Shown here: piece after piece, positions 44,442 through 53,732 of the stretch | Layout: every line of letters begins with the position of its first letter | How positions within the stretch are numbered: the first letter of the stretch is position 1 | NCBI GenBank assembly: GCA_964568885.1 | Contig: CAZMSF010000004.1 | Location: 1 to 62,869, forward strand | Length of the DNA: 62,869 nucleotides | Reading direction: 5' to 3' | From: an uncultured Gammaproteobacteria bacterium | GTDB taxonomy: Bacteria > Patescibacteriota > Microgenomatia > Levybacterales > GWA1-39-11 | The notes under the pieces: generated by a model | What the model was told of the DNA's origin: nothing | Databases searched by the model: none | What the model saw: only the letters and a program-made list of their open reading frames with translations | Translations under genes and position numbers: made by a program

Positions 44442-45701
44442 ATGGCAAAAGAAAGTCTCCAAAAAAAAGTAGCAGTTATAGGAATTGGAAGAGTGGGGTT
44501 GCCACTTGCCTTAACGATAGCATCAAAAAATTATTTTGTATTCGGCGTAGATAGGGATATTGAAAAAGCGGACATCATAAACAAAGGAAAAATGCCTTTC
44601 ATAGAACATGGGGCAAAAGCGTTATTAAAAAAGACAAAAGGCAAGAACTTCATAGCAACAACCGACTATTCCGTAGTAAAACAATGCAGTGTGATAATAA
44701 TTACCTTGGGAACTCCCATTGATGAAAACATGAATCCTGTTTTTACCCAGATAGAGTCTGCCATAGAAACGATGAAGCCTTATCTAAAAAGAGGTCAATT
44801 ATTAATTCTTCGAAGTACAGTTTCACCGGGAACAACGGAATATGTCGCATCAATGATTGAGGAGGAAACTGACTTGAAAATCGGTAAAAATTTCTATCTT
44901 GCATTTTGTCCGGAGAGAATTTCGGAAGGAAGATCTATAGAAGAAATTCCAAAAATTACACAAATTGTTGGCGGTCTTGACAAAAAAAGCACAAGAATTG
45001 CCTCAGAGCTTTTTCAATCTATCGGAGTTAAAACATTGGAGACCGATGCGGTTTCCTCGGAGTTGGCAAAATTATTTACAAATATGTATCGCTATATCAA
45101 TTTTGCTATTTCAAATGAATTTATGGTTCTCGCGGAAAAATACAAAAGGGATATATACGAAATAATAAATTTGGTAAATTACGGATATCCCAGGGGGGGT
45201 CTAAGATCGCCCGGCCTTACCGGGGGTCCATGCTTGTTTAAGGATGGGTTTTTCCTTATTTCAGATTTGCCTTTCGGAGATTTGATTTCGGCAAGTTGGA
45301 AAATTAACGAATCAATTCCTGTAATGCTGGTAAATAGAGTAGCAGAACAAATGAAATTGAAAGGGAAACGGGCGACGGTCTTGGGACTTACCTTTAAAGC
45401 AGACATTGATGATATTCGTGAGTCATTAAGTTTTAAAGTGCGAAAATCTCTCTTTCGCGAACGGGCAATTGTAACCCTCCACGACCCTTATATACGTGAA
45501 TATGCATATCAGGAAATTGAAACGGATGTTTATAAAGCGGTAAAGAATGCCGACTTGATTTTTGTTGCTACCAATCACAAAGAATATAAGAAGCTGGATA
45601 TTGTCAAATTGAAATCACTTGCGAAGAAAGAGTGTTTGGTGTGTGATATATGGAATGTTTTTAACACCAACAAAATAACATTCAAACTGAAAGAACTTTA
45701 G
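44442..45701 (+). CDS. Nucleotide-sugar dehydrogenase (UDP-glucose/GDP-mannose dehydrogenase family)
   Basis: N-terminal VAVIGIGRVGLPLAL Rossmann motif and catalytic Cys context GGPCLFKD. Confidence 0.85.
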   Translation: MAKESLQKKVAVIGIGRVGLPLALTIASKNYFVFGVDRDIEKADIINKGKMPFIEHGAKALLKKTKGKNFIATTDYSVVKQCSVIIITLGTPIDENMNPVFTQIESAIETMKPYLKRGQLLILRSTVSPGTTEYVASMIEEETDLKIGKNFYLAFCPERISEGRSIEEIPKITQIVGGLDKKSTRIASELFQSIGVKTLETDAVSSELAKLFTNMYRYINFAISNEFMVLAEKYKRDIYEIINLVNYGYPRGGLRSPGLTGGPCLFKDGFFLISDLPFGDLISASWKINESIPVMLVNRVAEQMKLKGKRATVLGLTFKADIDDIRESLSFKVRKSLFRERAIVTLHDPYIREYAYQEIETDVYKAVKNADLIFVATNHKEYKKLDIVKLKSLAKKECLVCDIWNVFNTNKITFKLKEL

Positions 45702-46450
45702 TGGATGTTGGTGGGAATTCTTACCATAACTTTTTTTGCTTTTCTTTTTGGCTTATTACGAATTCCGTATAAAAACCATTTCATATATTCCTTAAGCCAT
45801 GATCCAATTCTGAATGTTGAGCTTCCACCATACAATCTATCGATAGACACAATTGGCACTTCGCCCATTCGGATATTAAGAGCCTTGGCCTTAATAGCAA
45901 GCTCAAAAAGAACTGCCCACCCGACATTTGATTGTAGGTTCAATTTATCAAATACATCGCGCCTGAACATTTTAATCCCGGTTGTCGCATCTGTTAGTGG
46001 CAAACCACCAAGAAGTCTGAACAAATAATTTCCTGTGTAAGACAGCAATGCTTGCGTAAGAGAGCCGCCAAGCCGTCTGCCCCCATATGCGTATCTTGTG
46101 CAACTTACAAGCTCACATCCATTGTCCATAAGATACACCATGTCCTCAACCGCCAGAACCGGTCCAACTTCGTCTGCGGCAAAGATCAATATATACTTAC
46201 CATTTGAGGCAACGACGCCTGCTTTTATTGCGTTTGTAACACCTTTTCCGTATCTATTGTGAATGAGACGGATAGATTTATTTGCTTTTTGGGCTTTTTT
46301 TACAATTGGAATAGTTGTGTCATTCTTTGAATCGTAAACAACAAGAACCTCATGCGGGAAGTCGAGGGCCGACACCAAAATGCGTAGCATTACCCTGACA
46401 TTTATGCTTTCGTTACGGACAGGAATAATTATTGAGAGTTTAGTTTTCAA
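45698..46450 (-). CDS. Short GT2, polyprenol-phosphate glycosyltransferase-like (Dpm1/GtrB-type)
   Basis: LSIIIPVRNESINV and NRYGKGVTNAIKAG. About 250 aa with no TM-rich extension. Confidence 0.65.
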   Translation of the reverse strand: MKTKLSIIIPVRNESINVRVMLRILVSALDFPHEVLVVYDSKNDTTIPIVKKAQKANKSIRLIHNRYGKGVTNAIKAGVVASNGKYILIFAADEVGPVLAVEDMVYLMDNGCELVSCTRYAYGGRRLGGSLTQALLSYTGNYLFRLLGGLPLTDATTGIKMFRRDVFDKLNLQSNVGWAVLFELAIKAKALNIRMGEVPIVSIDRLYGGSSTFRIGSWLKEYMKWFLYGIRNKPKRKAKKVMVRIPTNIH

Positions 46451-46968
46451 CTTCCTTTCTGGGTTAATTTCTCAAATTGCATGAGTATATTTTTTTTGTT
46501 TCTTTTCTTGATGAACTTTATGGGAATTCCGGCATATATACTCCACTGCTCGAACTCGAAATTGGGTGGAACAAAACTTAAAGCACCGATAACCGTTCCT
46601 TCTGGAATGTTGTTGTTTGGCATAACAACGCTGTTTGATCCAATGCCACTCATTCTTCCCATCGTAACATTGCCTTTAATCGGATTGTCGCCAATCATTT
46701 CATGGTTAATGTTTAGAATTACAAGGTCATTGGTAAAGTCATTGCTTTGACACCAAATTTTGACACCCGCGGAAATACTGCTAAAGTCTCCCATGGTAAA
46801 TTCATATGATTGACCTCCGCCAATTGAGCATCCATTCGCAATGTGACAATTCTTTCCGATTTTAATTTTTGTTGAAAAGTAACAAAAATCATCTATAACC
46901 GAATTTTCTCCAATTTCAAAATATTCTTTGTGTCGAAGTCTTATATTTTTTGAAATAATGGGTTTCAT
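46447..46968 (-). CDS. Hexapeptide-repeat (left-handed beta-helix) acetyltransferase
   Basis: Tandem hexapeptide repeats (IGKNCHIANGCSIGG..., IGSNSVVMPNNNIPEGTVIGA). Overlaps the upstream aminotransferase gene by 4 nt. Confidence 0.8.
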   Translation of the reverse strand: MKPIISKNIRLRHKEYFEIGENSVIDDFCYFSTKIKIGKNCHIANGCSIGGGQSYEFTMGDFSSISAGVKIWCQSNDFTNDLVILNINHEMIGDNPIKGNVTMGRMSGIGSNSVVMPNNNIPEGTVIGALSFVPPNFEFEQWSIYAGIPIKFIKKRNKKNILMQFEKLTQKGS

Positions 46969-48059
46969 TGTTTGTAAAATTGCCTTATGTATGAACAGAC
47001 TGTTGCAACATCTTTATCGGTCATGGTAAATGAAGAAGGAAGCCATAACGTCCGGGGCGAAACTTTACTGCTGTACGGGAAATTTCTATCCTCCTGTTTG
47101 TAGGGTTTTTGTCTGTGTATCGGATGCCATAATCTTCTACAGAAAACATTATTTTTCTCAAGAAATTTATCAAGTTCGTTTCTATTCTTGCACGCGGCAT
47201 CTATCCACTGTGGAATTTCATCTTGATCAATTTTAAATTCAAAAATTTTTATTTCTTCGACATCTTGAAGCTTTTCTTTGTAAATTTTATATGTTTTTTT
47301 TATCCTTGCAATTCTTGTTTTCAGGTAGTCAAGTTGTCCGATACCGATTGCTGCTTGAAGATCCGTAAATTTAAAATTAAAACCGATACTGTTATGGATG
47401 TCGTCTCCGCCGGTACCTCTTGTTGGTCTGCCTTGGTCTTTTAATTCCCGAAGAGAAAGCGCCAGCTTGCTGTTATTCGTAACAATAACTCCCCCCTGGC
47501 CGGTCGTAATAGTTTTGGCAGGAGAAAAAGAGAAACATCCGGCATCCCCGATAGTTCCTAAATAACTGCCATTGCACTTTGACATAAAAGCCTCGGCAGC
47601 ATCTTCAATGATGTATAATTTTTTCTCTTTTGCCAGATTTTTAATCTGCTCCATATCTGCAGCTCTCCCGCTTACATGCACGGGAATAACGGCTTTCGTT
47701 TTGGATGTTATTGCGTCTCTAAAGCTTTTAATATCCAACGTTAAATTTTGCGGATTTACATCAACAAGAATCGGTTTTGCACCGCACATGACTACGGAAT
47801 TCGCAGTTGCAATAAATGTCAGATCAGGGACAATTACTTCGTCTCCATGTCCTATGCCAAGTGCTTTTAAAGCAAGAAAAATTGCCGCAGTTCCACTAGT
47901 TACCGCTATAGCATGCTTTACCCTTAATAGATCTTGAATTTTTTTCTCAAATTGGGTGGTAAATTTCCCTTCATTCGGAAAATTACTTTGCAGTACGTTT
48001 TGAATCAGTTTATATTCTTTTCTTCCGATTGTAGGTTCCCACCAAGATATTTTTTTCAT
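46965..48059 (-). CDS. DegT/DnrJ/EryC1/StrS-family PLP-dependent sugar aminotransferase
   Basis: AVTSGTAAIFLALKALGIGHGDEVIVPDLTFIAT and PLP-lysine context FSFSPAKTITTGQGG. Confidence 0.9.
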   Translation of the reverse strand: MKKISWWEPTIGRKEYKLIQNVLQSNFPNEGKFTTQFEKKIQDLLRVKHAIAVTSGTAAIFLALKALGIGHGDEVIVPDLTFIATANSVVMCGAKPILVDVNPQNLTLDIKSFRDAITSKTKAVIPVHVSGRAADMEQIKNLAKEKKLYIIEDAAEAFMSKCNGSYLGTIGDAGCFSFSPAKTITTGQGGVIVTNNSKLALSLRELKDQGRPTRGTGGDDIHNSIGFNFKFTDLQAAIGIGQLDYLKTRIARIKKTYKIYKEKLQDVEEIKIFEFKIDQDEIPQWIDAACKNRNELDKFLEKNNVFCRRLWHPIHRQKPYKQEDRNFPYSSKVSPRTLWLPSSFTMTDKDVATVCSYIRQFYKQ

Positions 48060-48132
48060 TGTGGATTATTGGCATTATAATATAATTGCGCTTGAAATGT
48101 AAATTTAGAGGCAATAGTGTATACTAGCTTGT

Positions 48133-49101
48133 ATGCTGGCAGGTGTATTCCAAAAGAAGGACAAGGATTTTTTTAAAGGAAAAAGAATATTGGTTACCGG
48201 TGGAAATGGGTTTTTGGGAAAACATCTTGTCAAGCAACTTCGCAAACTCTCCCCGAAAGAAATAAGAATACCCGATTCTAAAAAAGACGACTTACGTGTA
48301 GTTGCCAACATAAAAAAGGTTTTGAAAGATATCGATATTATTATACATATGGCTGCGCGGGTAGGGGGTATCGAATATAACCAAAATTTTCCGGGAACAC
48401 TTTTTTATGAAAACATTATTATGGGGACTCAGCTCATGGAGTATGCAAGAAGAGAAGGAGTTAAGAAGTTTGTAGCATTAGGTACAATATGCGCATATCC
48501 CAAATTTGCACCTACCCCGTTTAAGGAAACAGACTTATGGAATGGATACCCCGAAGAAACTAATGCACCGTACGGGCTGGCAAAAAAGATGCTTTTAGTA
48601 CAAGCTCAAGCATACAAGAAAGAATTTGACTTTAATGTAATTTATCTTCTACCTGTAAATCTGTATGGCCCTGGAGACAATTTCAATCCAAAATCATCAC
48701 ATGTAATCCCGGCTCTCATAAAAAAAATTGAAGATGCAAGGGCCGCAAACGAGAAAGAAGTTGTTGTGTGGGGAACAGGAAAAGCAACCCGTGAGTTCTT
48801 GTATGTTGAGGATTGTGCTCTTGGGATTTTACTTGCAACCTCTCGTTATAATGATGTAGAGCCGGTAAATTTAGGAGCTGGTTTTGAGATTTCAATCGCG
48901 GAGTTGGCCTTAAAAATAAAGAGGCTGTGTGGGTATAAAGGTAAACTAATTTTTGACACGACAAAGCCCGACGGGCAGCCGAGGAGAATGCTTGATACTT
49001 CAAGAGCGAGAAAAGAATTTGGTTTTAAAGCAACAAGCTCCTTCCAAAAAGGCCTAAAAGAAACAATTAGCTGGTATAGAAAAAACAAGAAATTACTTTA
49101 A
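48133..49101 (+). CDS. fcl: GDP-L-fucose synthase-family 3,5-epimerase/4-reductase
   Basis: ILVTGGNGFLGKHL, GTICAYPKFAPTPFKE, TNAPYGLAKKML (YxxxK) and NLYGPGDNFNPKSSHVIPALI. The substrate could be a GDP-6-deoxyheptose rather than GDP-fucose. Confidence 0.75.
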   Translation: MLAGVFQKKDKDFFKGKRILVTGGNGFLGKHLVKQLRKLSPKEIRIPDSKKDDLRVVANIKKVLKDIDIIIHMAARVGGIEYNQNFPGTLFYENIIMGTQLMEYARREGVKKFVALGTICAYPKFAPTPFKETDLWNGYPEETNAPYGLAKKMLLVQAQAYKKEFDFNVIYLLPVNLYGPGDNFNPKSSHVIPALIKKIEDARAANEKEVVVWGTGKATREFLYVEDCALGILLATSRYNDVEPVNLGAGFEISIAELALKIKRLCGYKGKLIFDTTKPDGQPRRMLDTSRARKEFGFKATSSFQKGLKETISWYRKNKKLL

Positions 49102-49779
49102 GGGAGCGAGTCTTGCCTTAATAATAGACTTTAATATAAGAAAACCGTCCTTAAGGGGAGAGACTTGCGAGATTCCGGTGTTTCGTCTTGTATAGCTGAC
49201 GGGGACCTCAACCAGTCTGTAGTGCATCCTTATACTTTTAACAACAGTTTCTGCTTCGTATCCAAAGTGTCTTTCGGTCAGATTTAATTTTCTGAATTTA
49301 TTTTTTCGTATCGCCTTAAAGCCGGCAAGTGAATCGGAGATTTTCCTTCCAACAACAATTGACGTTACAAATGTCAACAAAAAATTTCCCAGAGTTCTTA
49401 TGAATGGGGCATCACCGTGATCGATGCGTTTGCCAATAGCAATGTCTGCTCCTTTATCCAGTTCATTGACTAGCAATGGTATTTCTTTCGGTTGAAATTG
49501 ATAGTCCGCATCTATTTGGACTATGTAGTCACCTATTGCCTTAAGTCCTGCCTGCCAGAAATCAATTCCCTTACCTCTTTTTTTTGGAAATTTAATTACT
49601 CGTACTTTTTCTTTTTCTGCGTAGCTTACGGTTCTGTCACTAGATCCGCCGTCTGCCACAATAATTTCCAAGGTAAATTTTTTCTTCAGTTTTTTAATGT
49701 CCCGGATCATCCGTACGATGCTTTTTTCTTCGTTATAAGTCGGTAAAATAATAGAAACTTTTATTGCCTCTTTTTTCAT
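49093..49779 (-). CDS. Short GT2, polyprenol-phosphate glycosyltransferase-like (Dpm1/GtrB-type)
   Basis: VSIILPTYNEEKSI, IIVADGGSSDRT and KKRGKG. The start is set to ATG 49779 (M10 of the tracked ORF). Confidence 0.7.
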   Translation of the reverse strand: MKKEAIKVSIILPTYNEEKSIVRMIRDIKKLKKKFTLEIIVADGGSSDRTVSYAEKEKVRVIKFPKKRGKGIDFWQAGLKAIGDYIVQIDADYQFQPKEIPLLVNELDKGADIAIGKRIDHGDAPFIRTLGNFLLTFVTSIVVGRKISDSLAGFKAIRKNKFRKLNLTERHFGYEAETVVKSIRMHYRLVEVPVSYTRRNTGISQVSPLKDGFLILKSIIKARLAPLK

Positions 49780-49822
49780 AAAGACGATTTGAATATAATA
49801 TACCACAGCATTTGAATAGTAA

Positions 49823-50746
49823 ATGAATAAAAAAACAATAATTGTTACCGGCGGGTCTGGATATCTCGGATTACAAGTAGTCTCTCATTTATCAAAAAAG
49901 TATAATATTATTATTATTGATAAAAAAAATCCTTCGCAGTTATTTGCAGGAGTTCAGTTTGTAAAACATGATCTACTTAGCCCTTCGGGTTTGTTGGAAA
50001 TTTTCAAGAAAAGTGAATTATGCATTCATTTGGCAGCCGAGGTAGGGGGCGTTGCATTTGCAAATCAATACCCTGCCAAAATTCTTACCAACAATTCATT
50101 AATTGATGTTAATACCATAAGCCTTTCACAAAAGGCGAAATTGAAAAGATTCGTTTACATCTCTTCATCTCTGGTTTACGAAAAATGTCAGAAGTTCCCG
50201 TTGAAAGAAGAATATGTCGATGGTATTTCAATACCATCTTTGTCATACGGATTTGAAAAACTATATGGTGAGAATTTATGTAAGGCGTATCAACAAGAGT
50301 ATGGCCTAAATTTTTCCGTATGTAGAATATTTAATGTATACGGAAAAAACATAGTAGGCAACCAAGACCCCAATGGACATGTCATACCCGACTTAATAAA
50401 AAAGGTATCAAATTCGAATGGGATGGTGGAAATTATTGGCAAACAGGGAATAGCAAGAAATTTTAGTCACGTTGACGATGTAGCAAAAGGAATTGTTAAG
50501 ACCCTTGAAAGTAAAAATGCTGTTAATGACATTTTTAATATTGCGGATAAAAAAGAATATACTCTCGAGCAAATTGTAAAAATTCTCTGGAAGATTTTTC
50601 AAAAAAGGGAACCACTTAACTTTAACTACATACCTTCTTTCAAAAAGGATGTGTCAAGAAATTACGCGAGCCTTTCAAAGACGCGCAAATTGCTAGGATG
50701 GGAAGCGGTAAAAAAAGTGGAAGACGGACTGTCCGAAATGATTTAA
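49823..50746 (+). CDS. NAD-dependent sugar epimerase/dehydratase (extended SDR)
   Basis: IIVTGGSGYLGLQV, SSSLVY and YGFEKLYGE (YxxxK). Confidence 0.8.
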   Translation: MNKKTIIVTGGSGYLGLQVVSHLSKKYNIIIIDKKNPSQLFAGVQFVKHDLLSPSGLLEIFKKSELCIHLAAEVGGVAFANQYPAKILTNNSLIDVNTISLSQKAKLKRFVYISSSLVYEKCQKFPLKEEYVDGISIPSLSYGFEKLYGENLCKAYQQEYGLNFSVCRIFNVYGKNIVGNQDPNGHVIPDLIKKVSNSNGMVEIIGKQGIARNFSHVDDVAKGIVKTLESKNAVNDIFNIADKKEYTLEQIVKILWKIFQKREPLNFNYIPSFKKDVSRNYASLSKTRKLLGWEAVKKVEDGLSEMI

Positions 50747-51651
50747 ATTTTCTGCGCAATAACAAGTAATTCATCTTTAAAATTTATGGTAATAGGTAGT
50801 TGGGCAAGTGCCGGGAAAAGATTTATGAGTTTTATTAGATTATTTGAGAATGGCAATAGAGGATTTAGCTTTTCCATATAATAAACGAGCGGATATGTCC
50901 GTCCATAATATGTTATTTGTTTAATCGCAAAACCTGTACTCTCCAGAATCCTTGTAATTGTCCTTTCTCCAAATAACACAACATGCATGCGGATAAAGAA
51001 CGGGTGGTGGGAACCAAGCAGTTTTACCGTAAAGCTTTCGACGTTGGGGGTTCCAATGACTACTATACCGTCTTTAACTAAGGCCCTGTGTATTCTACTA
51101 AGCTCTTTTTTCGGGTTTCCCAAATGCTCAATTACATCAAAAAGTGTAATGACATCAAATTTCTGCTTTTTAATTTCATTCAAGGATTTTCCGATAATTC
51201 TTACTCTTCTACGCTTTGCCTCATTGGAAGCCCATAACGAAGGTTCAATTCCATACGCCTTAAATCTCTTTTTTTGTGCAAGCTCCAGAAAAAATCCACA
51301 AAAACAACCGATATCAAGCAGACTACCGCTTGTTCTAAATTTCAGAAGCTGATTGAGGTGTTTCTTGAAGAGTAATTTTCTGAATCTCTCAGTCTTTAGG
51401 TATTCCTCATCAACAACATTCCCGTATGCTTTAAGAATTTGTTTTTGGTCCTCTTGAGGATTGACATACACCAACAGGCACCCTTTACATCTGACTATCC
51501 GTCCGTGTTTTGTAAAATCATCAAGACTGTTTTTTAGATGTAATTGCAAAACCTTGGGCGAATAATCTTTCTTTTGTAGGGTTGATTCAAATATAATTTC
51601 GTAATCATTTGAATCACAAAGCGGGCAAAGAATTTCTGAGAGATATTTCAT
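50743..51651 (-). CDS. Class I SAM-dependent methyltransferase with N-terminal 4-Cys zinc ribbon
   Basis: CPLCDS...CKGCLLVYVNP, then motif I LLDIGCFCGFFLE. Same architecture as 30051..30971. Confidence 0.75.
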   Translation of the reverse strand: MKYLSEILCPLCDSNDYEIIFESTLQKKDYSPKVLQLHLKNSLDDFTKHGRIVRCKGCLLVYVNPQEDQKQILKAYGNVVDEEYLKTERFRKLLFKKHLNQLLKFRTSGSLLDIGCFCGFFLELAQKKRFKAYGIEPSLWASNEAKRRRVRIIGKSLNEIKKQKFDVITLFDVIEHLGNPKKELSRIHRALVKDGIVVIGTPNVESFTVKLLGSHHPFFIRMHVVLFGERTITRILESTGFAIKQITYYGRTYPLVYYMEKLNPLLPFSNNLIKLINLFPALAQLPITINFKDELLVIAQKI

Positions 51652-51735
51652 AATACAAAAAGAAGAAATGCTATAATGAGTGCATTATATAGGTAAGGTG
51701 AATTACAATTCTATACCCAAAAAACTTCCCTTCTC

Positions 51736-53259
51736 ATGAAAAATAAAATTTTCGTCTTTTTTCTCCTTTTTGCAGTAGGTGTAACTACTCGGTTTCCGTT
51801 ATCTGAGCGGTATATGTCGCACACGGACGCTTCATCTCTGACATTGGCTTTATCACATTACAATCTTTTGCAAGAGACTCCGGCCCCGCCGGGGTACCCT
51901 TTGTACTTTGCAATGGGTACCGTAATCAATTTTTTCTTCAGCAATCCGCATCTGTCACTTGTTTTCGAGAGCGCGCTTTTTAGTGGTATCGGAGCAGTTG
52001 CATTTTACCTATTTGGTAAGTCAATTGGTGGAATAAAAACAGGTATTATCTCCTCATTGCTTTTCCTTTGTGCGCCTTCTCTTTATTTTTTTGGGTTGAC
52101 TGTATATCCCTATGTCGTTGTGATAAGTATATATACAATTTTCATTTGGATTGCATATTTGATTATCATAAAGAAAGAGTTTAAAAGATGGTTACCGCTT
52201 GGGTTCGTATACGCGCTTCTTATTGGAACTCGTCCACAAGAACTTATTACAACACTTCCCTTATTTGTTTTTGCGGCGCTTGTTTTACCCAAATTTTATA
52301 AACTTAAAACTTTTATTGTTTTTATTATCATTACTCTTGTTTGGTTGATACCTTTTCTTTCATTTGTTGGAGGCATTGGAAGTTATGTTGCCGTTTCCTC
52401 AAGGGCAGCTTCACAAGCCATTCCAAGTCCTTCATTAATTCAATTCGTTGCAAAAAAATTTGAATTATTAAGCGGGCTTTACTTAACTCTTGGAGTAGGT
52501 CTTCTTATTTTACCCTTATATGCAGTTGTTTTTATAAAAAAAATTATTGAAAAAAAGTGGAGAACAAAAGTAAATCGGAAAAAAGTAATTTTTATTCTGC
52601 TTTGGGTATTGCCGGTTCTTTTTTTCAATCTGTTTATTCGTACAGAGCATGTAGGATATCAGTCGGGGTATCTCATTTTTCTGCTCCTGGTGATATCTTG
52701 TGCAATGCCTCGGCTGTTTAAAAAAAATAGTATTCTTATTATTGCTGCGGCACTTGTAGCAGCGGTAAATTTGTTTATTTTTTTTCAGGATAGAGATCCT
52801 GGTTACAAGAAAGCATATAGGCAAAGCTCGTTTCATTATTCGGACATCAGAAGAAATGATTATGAACTCTCAAATAAAATTTCATATATTAATAGGAACT
52901 TCTCTCCTCAAAAGACAATAATAATAGCAGGCCCATTTTTTTGGAGACATGCTCGATATTACCTACCCGAGTACTTGCTCTATGAAATAGATGCTATCGC
53001 TCAAGACATGGACAATTCAAACACACGGCGTGATGCAAAGAATTTACTTTTTAGGTCCTACCAATCAAATAACCGCTTTTTTGTCGTCCCTCCGGGCATC
53101 AATGCAATTGTTCTTTTTGATGATGATATGGATGAATGGGTCACAACAAGCAAGAAGGTAGCAAGCTTTAAGGGTACTGCAAAGCTTACCGTTCTTACTG
53201 TAAAGGGCGGGGATACTGTCAAATATGGATATCACAGATTGGAGGTCGTCGCAAAATGA
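51736..53259 (+). CDS. GT-C-type membrane glycosyltransferase, DUF2723/TMEM260-like
   Basis: The first-loop segment HTDASSLTLALSHYNLLQETPAPPGYPLY resembles the D...HPPGYPL signature of DUF2723 proteins. About 11 TM helices plus a soluble C-terminus. Confidence 0.5.
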   Translation: MKNKIFVFFLLFAVGVTTRFPLSERYMSHTDASSLTLALSHYNLLQETPAPPGYPLYFAMGTVINFFFSNPHLSLVFESALFSGIGAVAFYLFGKSIGGIKTGIISSLLFLCAPSLYFFGLTVYPYVVVISIYTIFIWIAYLIIIKKEFKRWLPLGFVYALLIGTRPQELITTLPLFVFAALVLPKFYKLKTFIVFIIITLVWLIPFLSFVGGIGSYVAVSSRAASQAIPSPSLIQFVAKKFELLSGLYLTLGVGLLILPLYAVVFIKKIIEKKWRTKVNRKKVIFILLWVLPVLFFNLFIRTEHVGYQSGYLIFLLLVISCAMPRLFKKNSILIIAAALVAAVNLFIFFQDRDPGYKKAYRQSSFHYSDIRRNDYELSNKISYINRNFSPQKTIIIAGPFFWRHARYYLPEYLLYEIDAIAQDMDNSNTRRDAKNLLFRSYQSNNRFFVVPPGINAIVLFDDDMDEWVTTSKKVASFKGTAKLTVLTVKGGDTVKYGYHRLEVVAK

Positions 53260-53732
53260 TGAGACCAAAACAACTTATTATTCTCTCCTATGGCATCGTG
53301 ATCATTTTATGGGTTGGTATATCCTTTTTCCGCATGGCAAACAATCTCGGGAATTTAGTAAAGGATTTTCGTCTATTATCCTTATCCGATGGGATGAGGA
53401 AAGAAATTGTGTATGGAACAATCTATGATTTTTGCAATTTTGTCGAACAAAAAACCCCAGCCCGCTCAGAAATAATTTTCTTGTCTTCGGGTGCAAAACC
53501 TTTTTATTTTTGCCGCTACCAACTTTACCCCCGAAAGCTTTATTTTGCCAGAACGATAAAAGAGGTGGAAGATATGAAAAGGCAAGGACGTTACGATTAC
53601 CTTTTGATATACAAAAGCTCTAACCCTTTAGAAAACGAGAATCAGTCCTCAAAGTGGAATCTTAATAACTTTTCTTCAAAGGATGTTTATAGGAGTGACA
53701 CCGGAGACGAAGGGAGGGTAATACCGCTATGA
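53256..53732 (+). CDS. Membrane-anchored hypothetical protein
   Basis: One N-terminal TM helix plus a ~125-aa extracytoplasmic domain. ATGA overlaps on both sides place it inside the operon. Confidence 0.4.
   Translation: MMRPKQLIILSYGIVIILWVGISFFRMANNLGNLVKDFRLLSLSDGMRKEIVYGTIYDFCNFVEQKTPARSEIIFLSSGAKPFYFCRYQLYPRKLYFARTIKEVEDMKRQGRYDYLLIYKSSNPLENENQSSKWNLNNFSSKDVYRSDTGDEGRVIPL

Noticed and set aside
48074-48086. The AT palindrome ATTATAATATAAT between the DegT gene and fcl, as a shared operator
   Set aside because: It is only 13 nt and purely A/T, which is expected by chance in this composition. It is adequately explained as overlapping -10-like hexamers.
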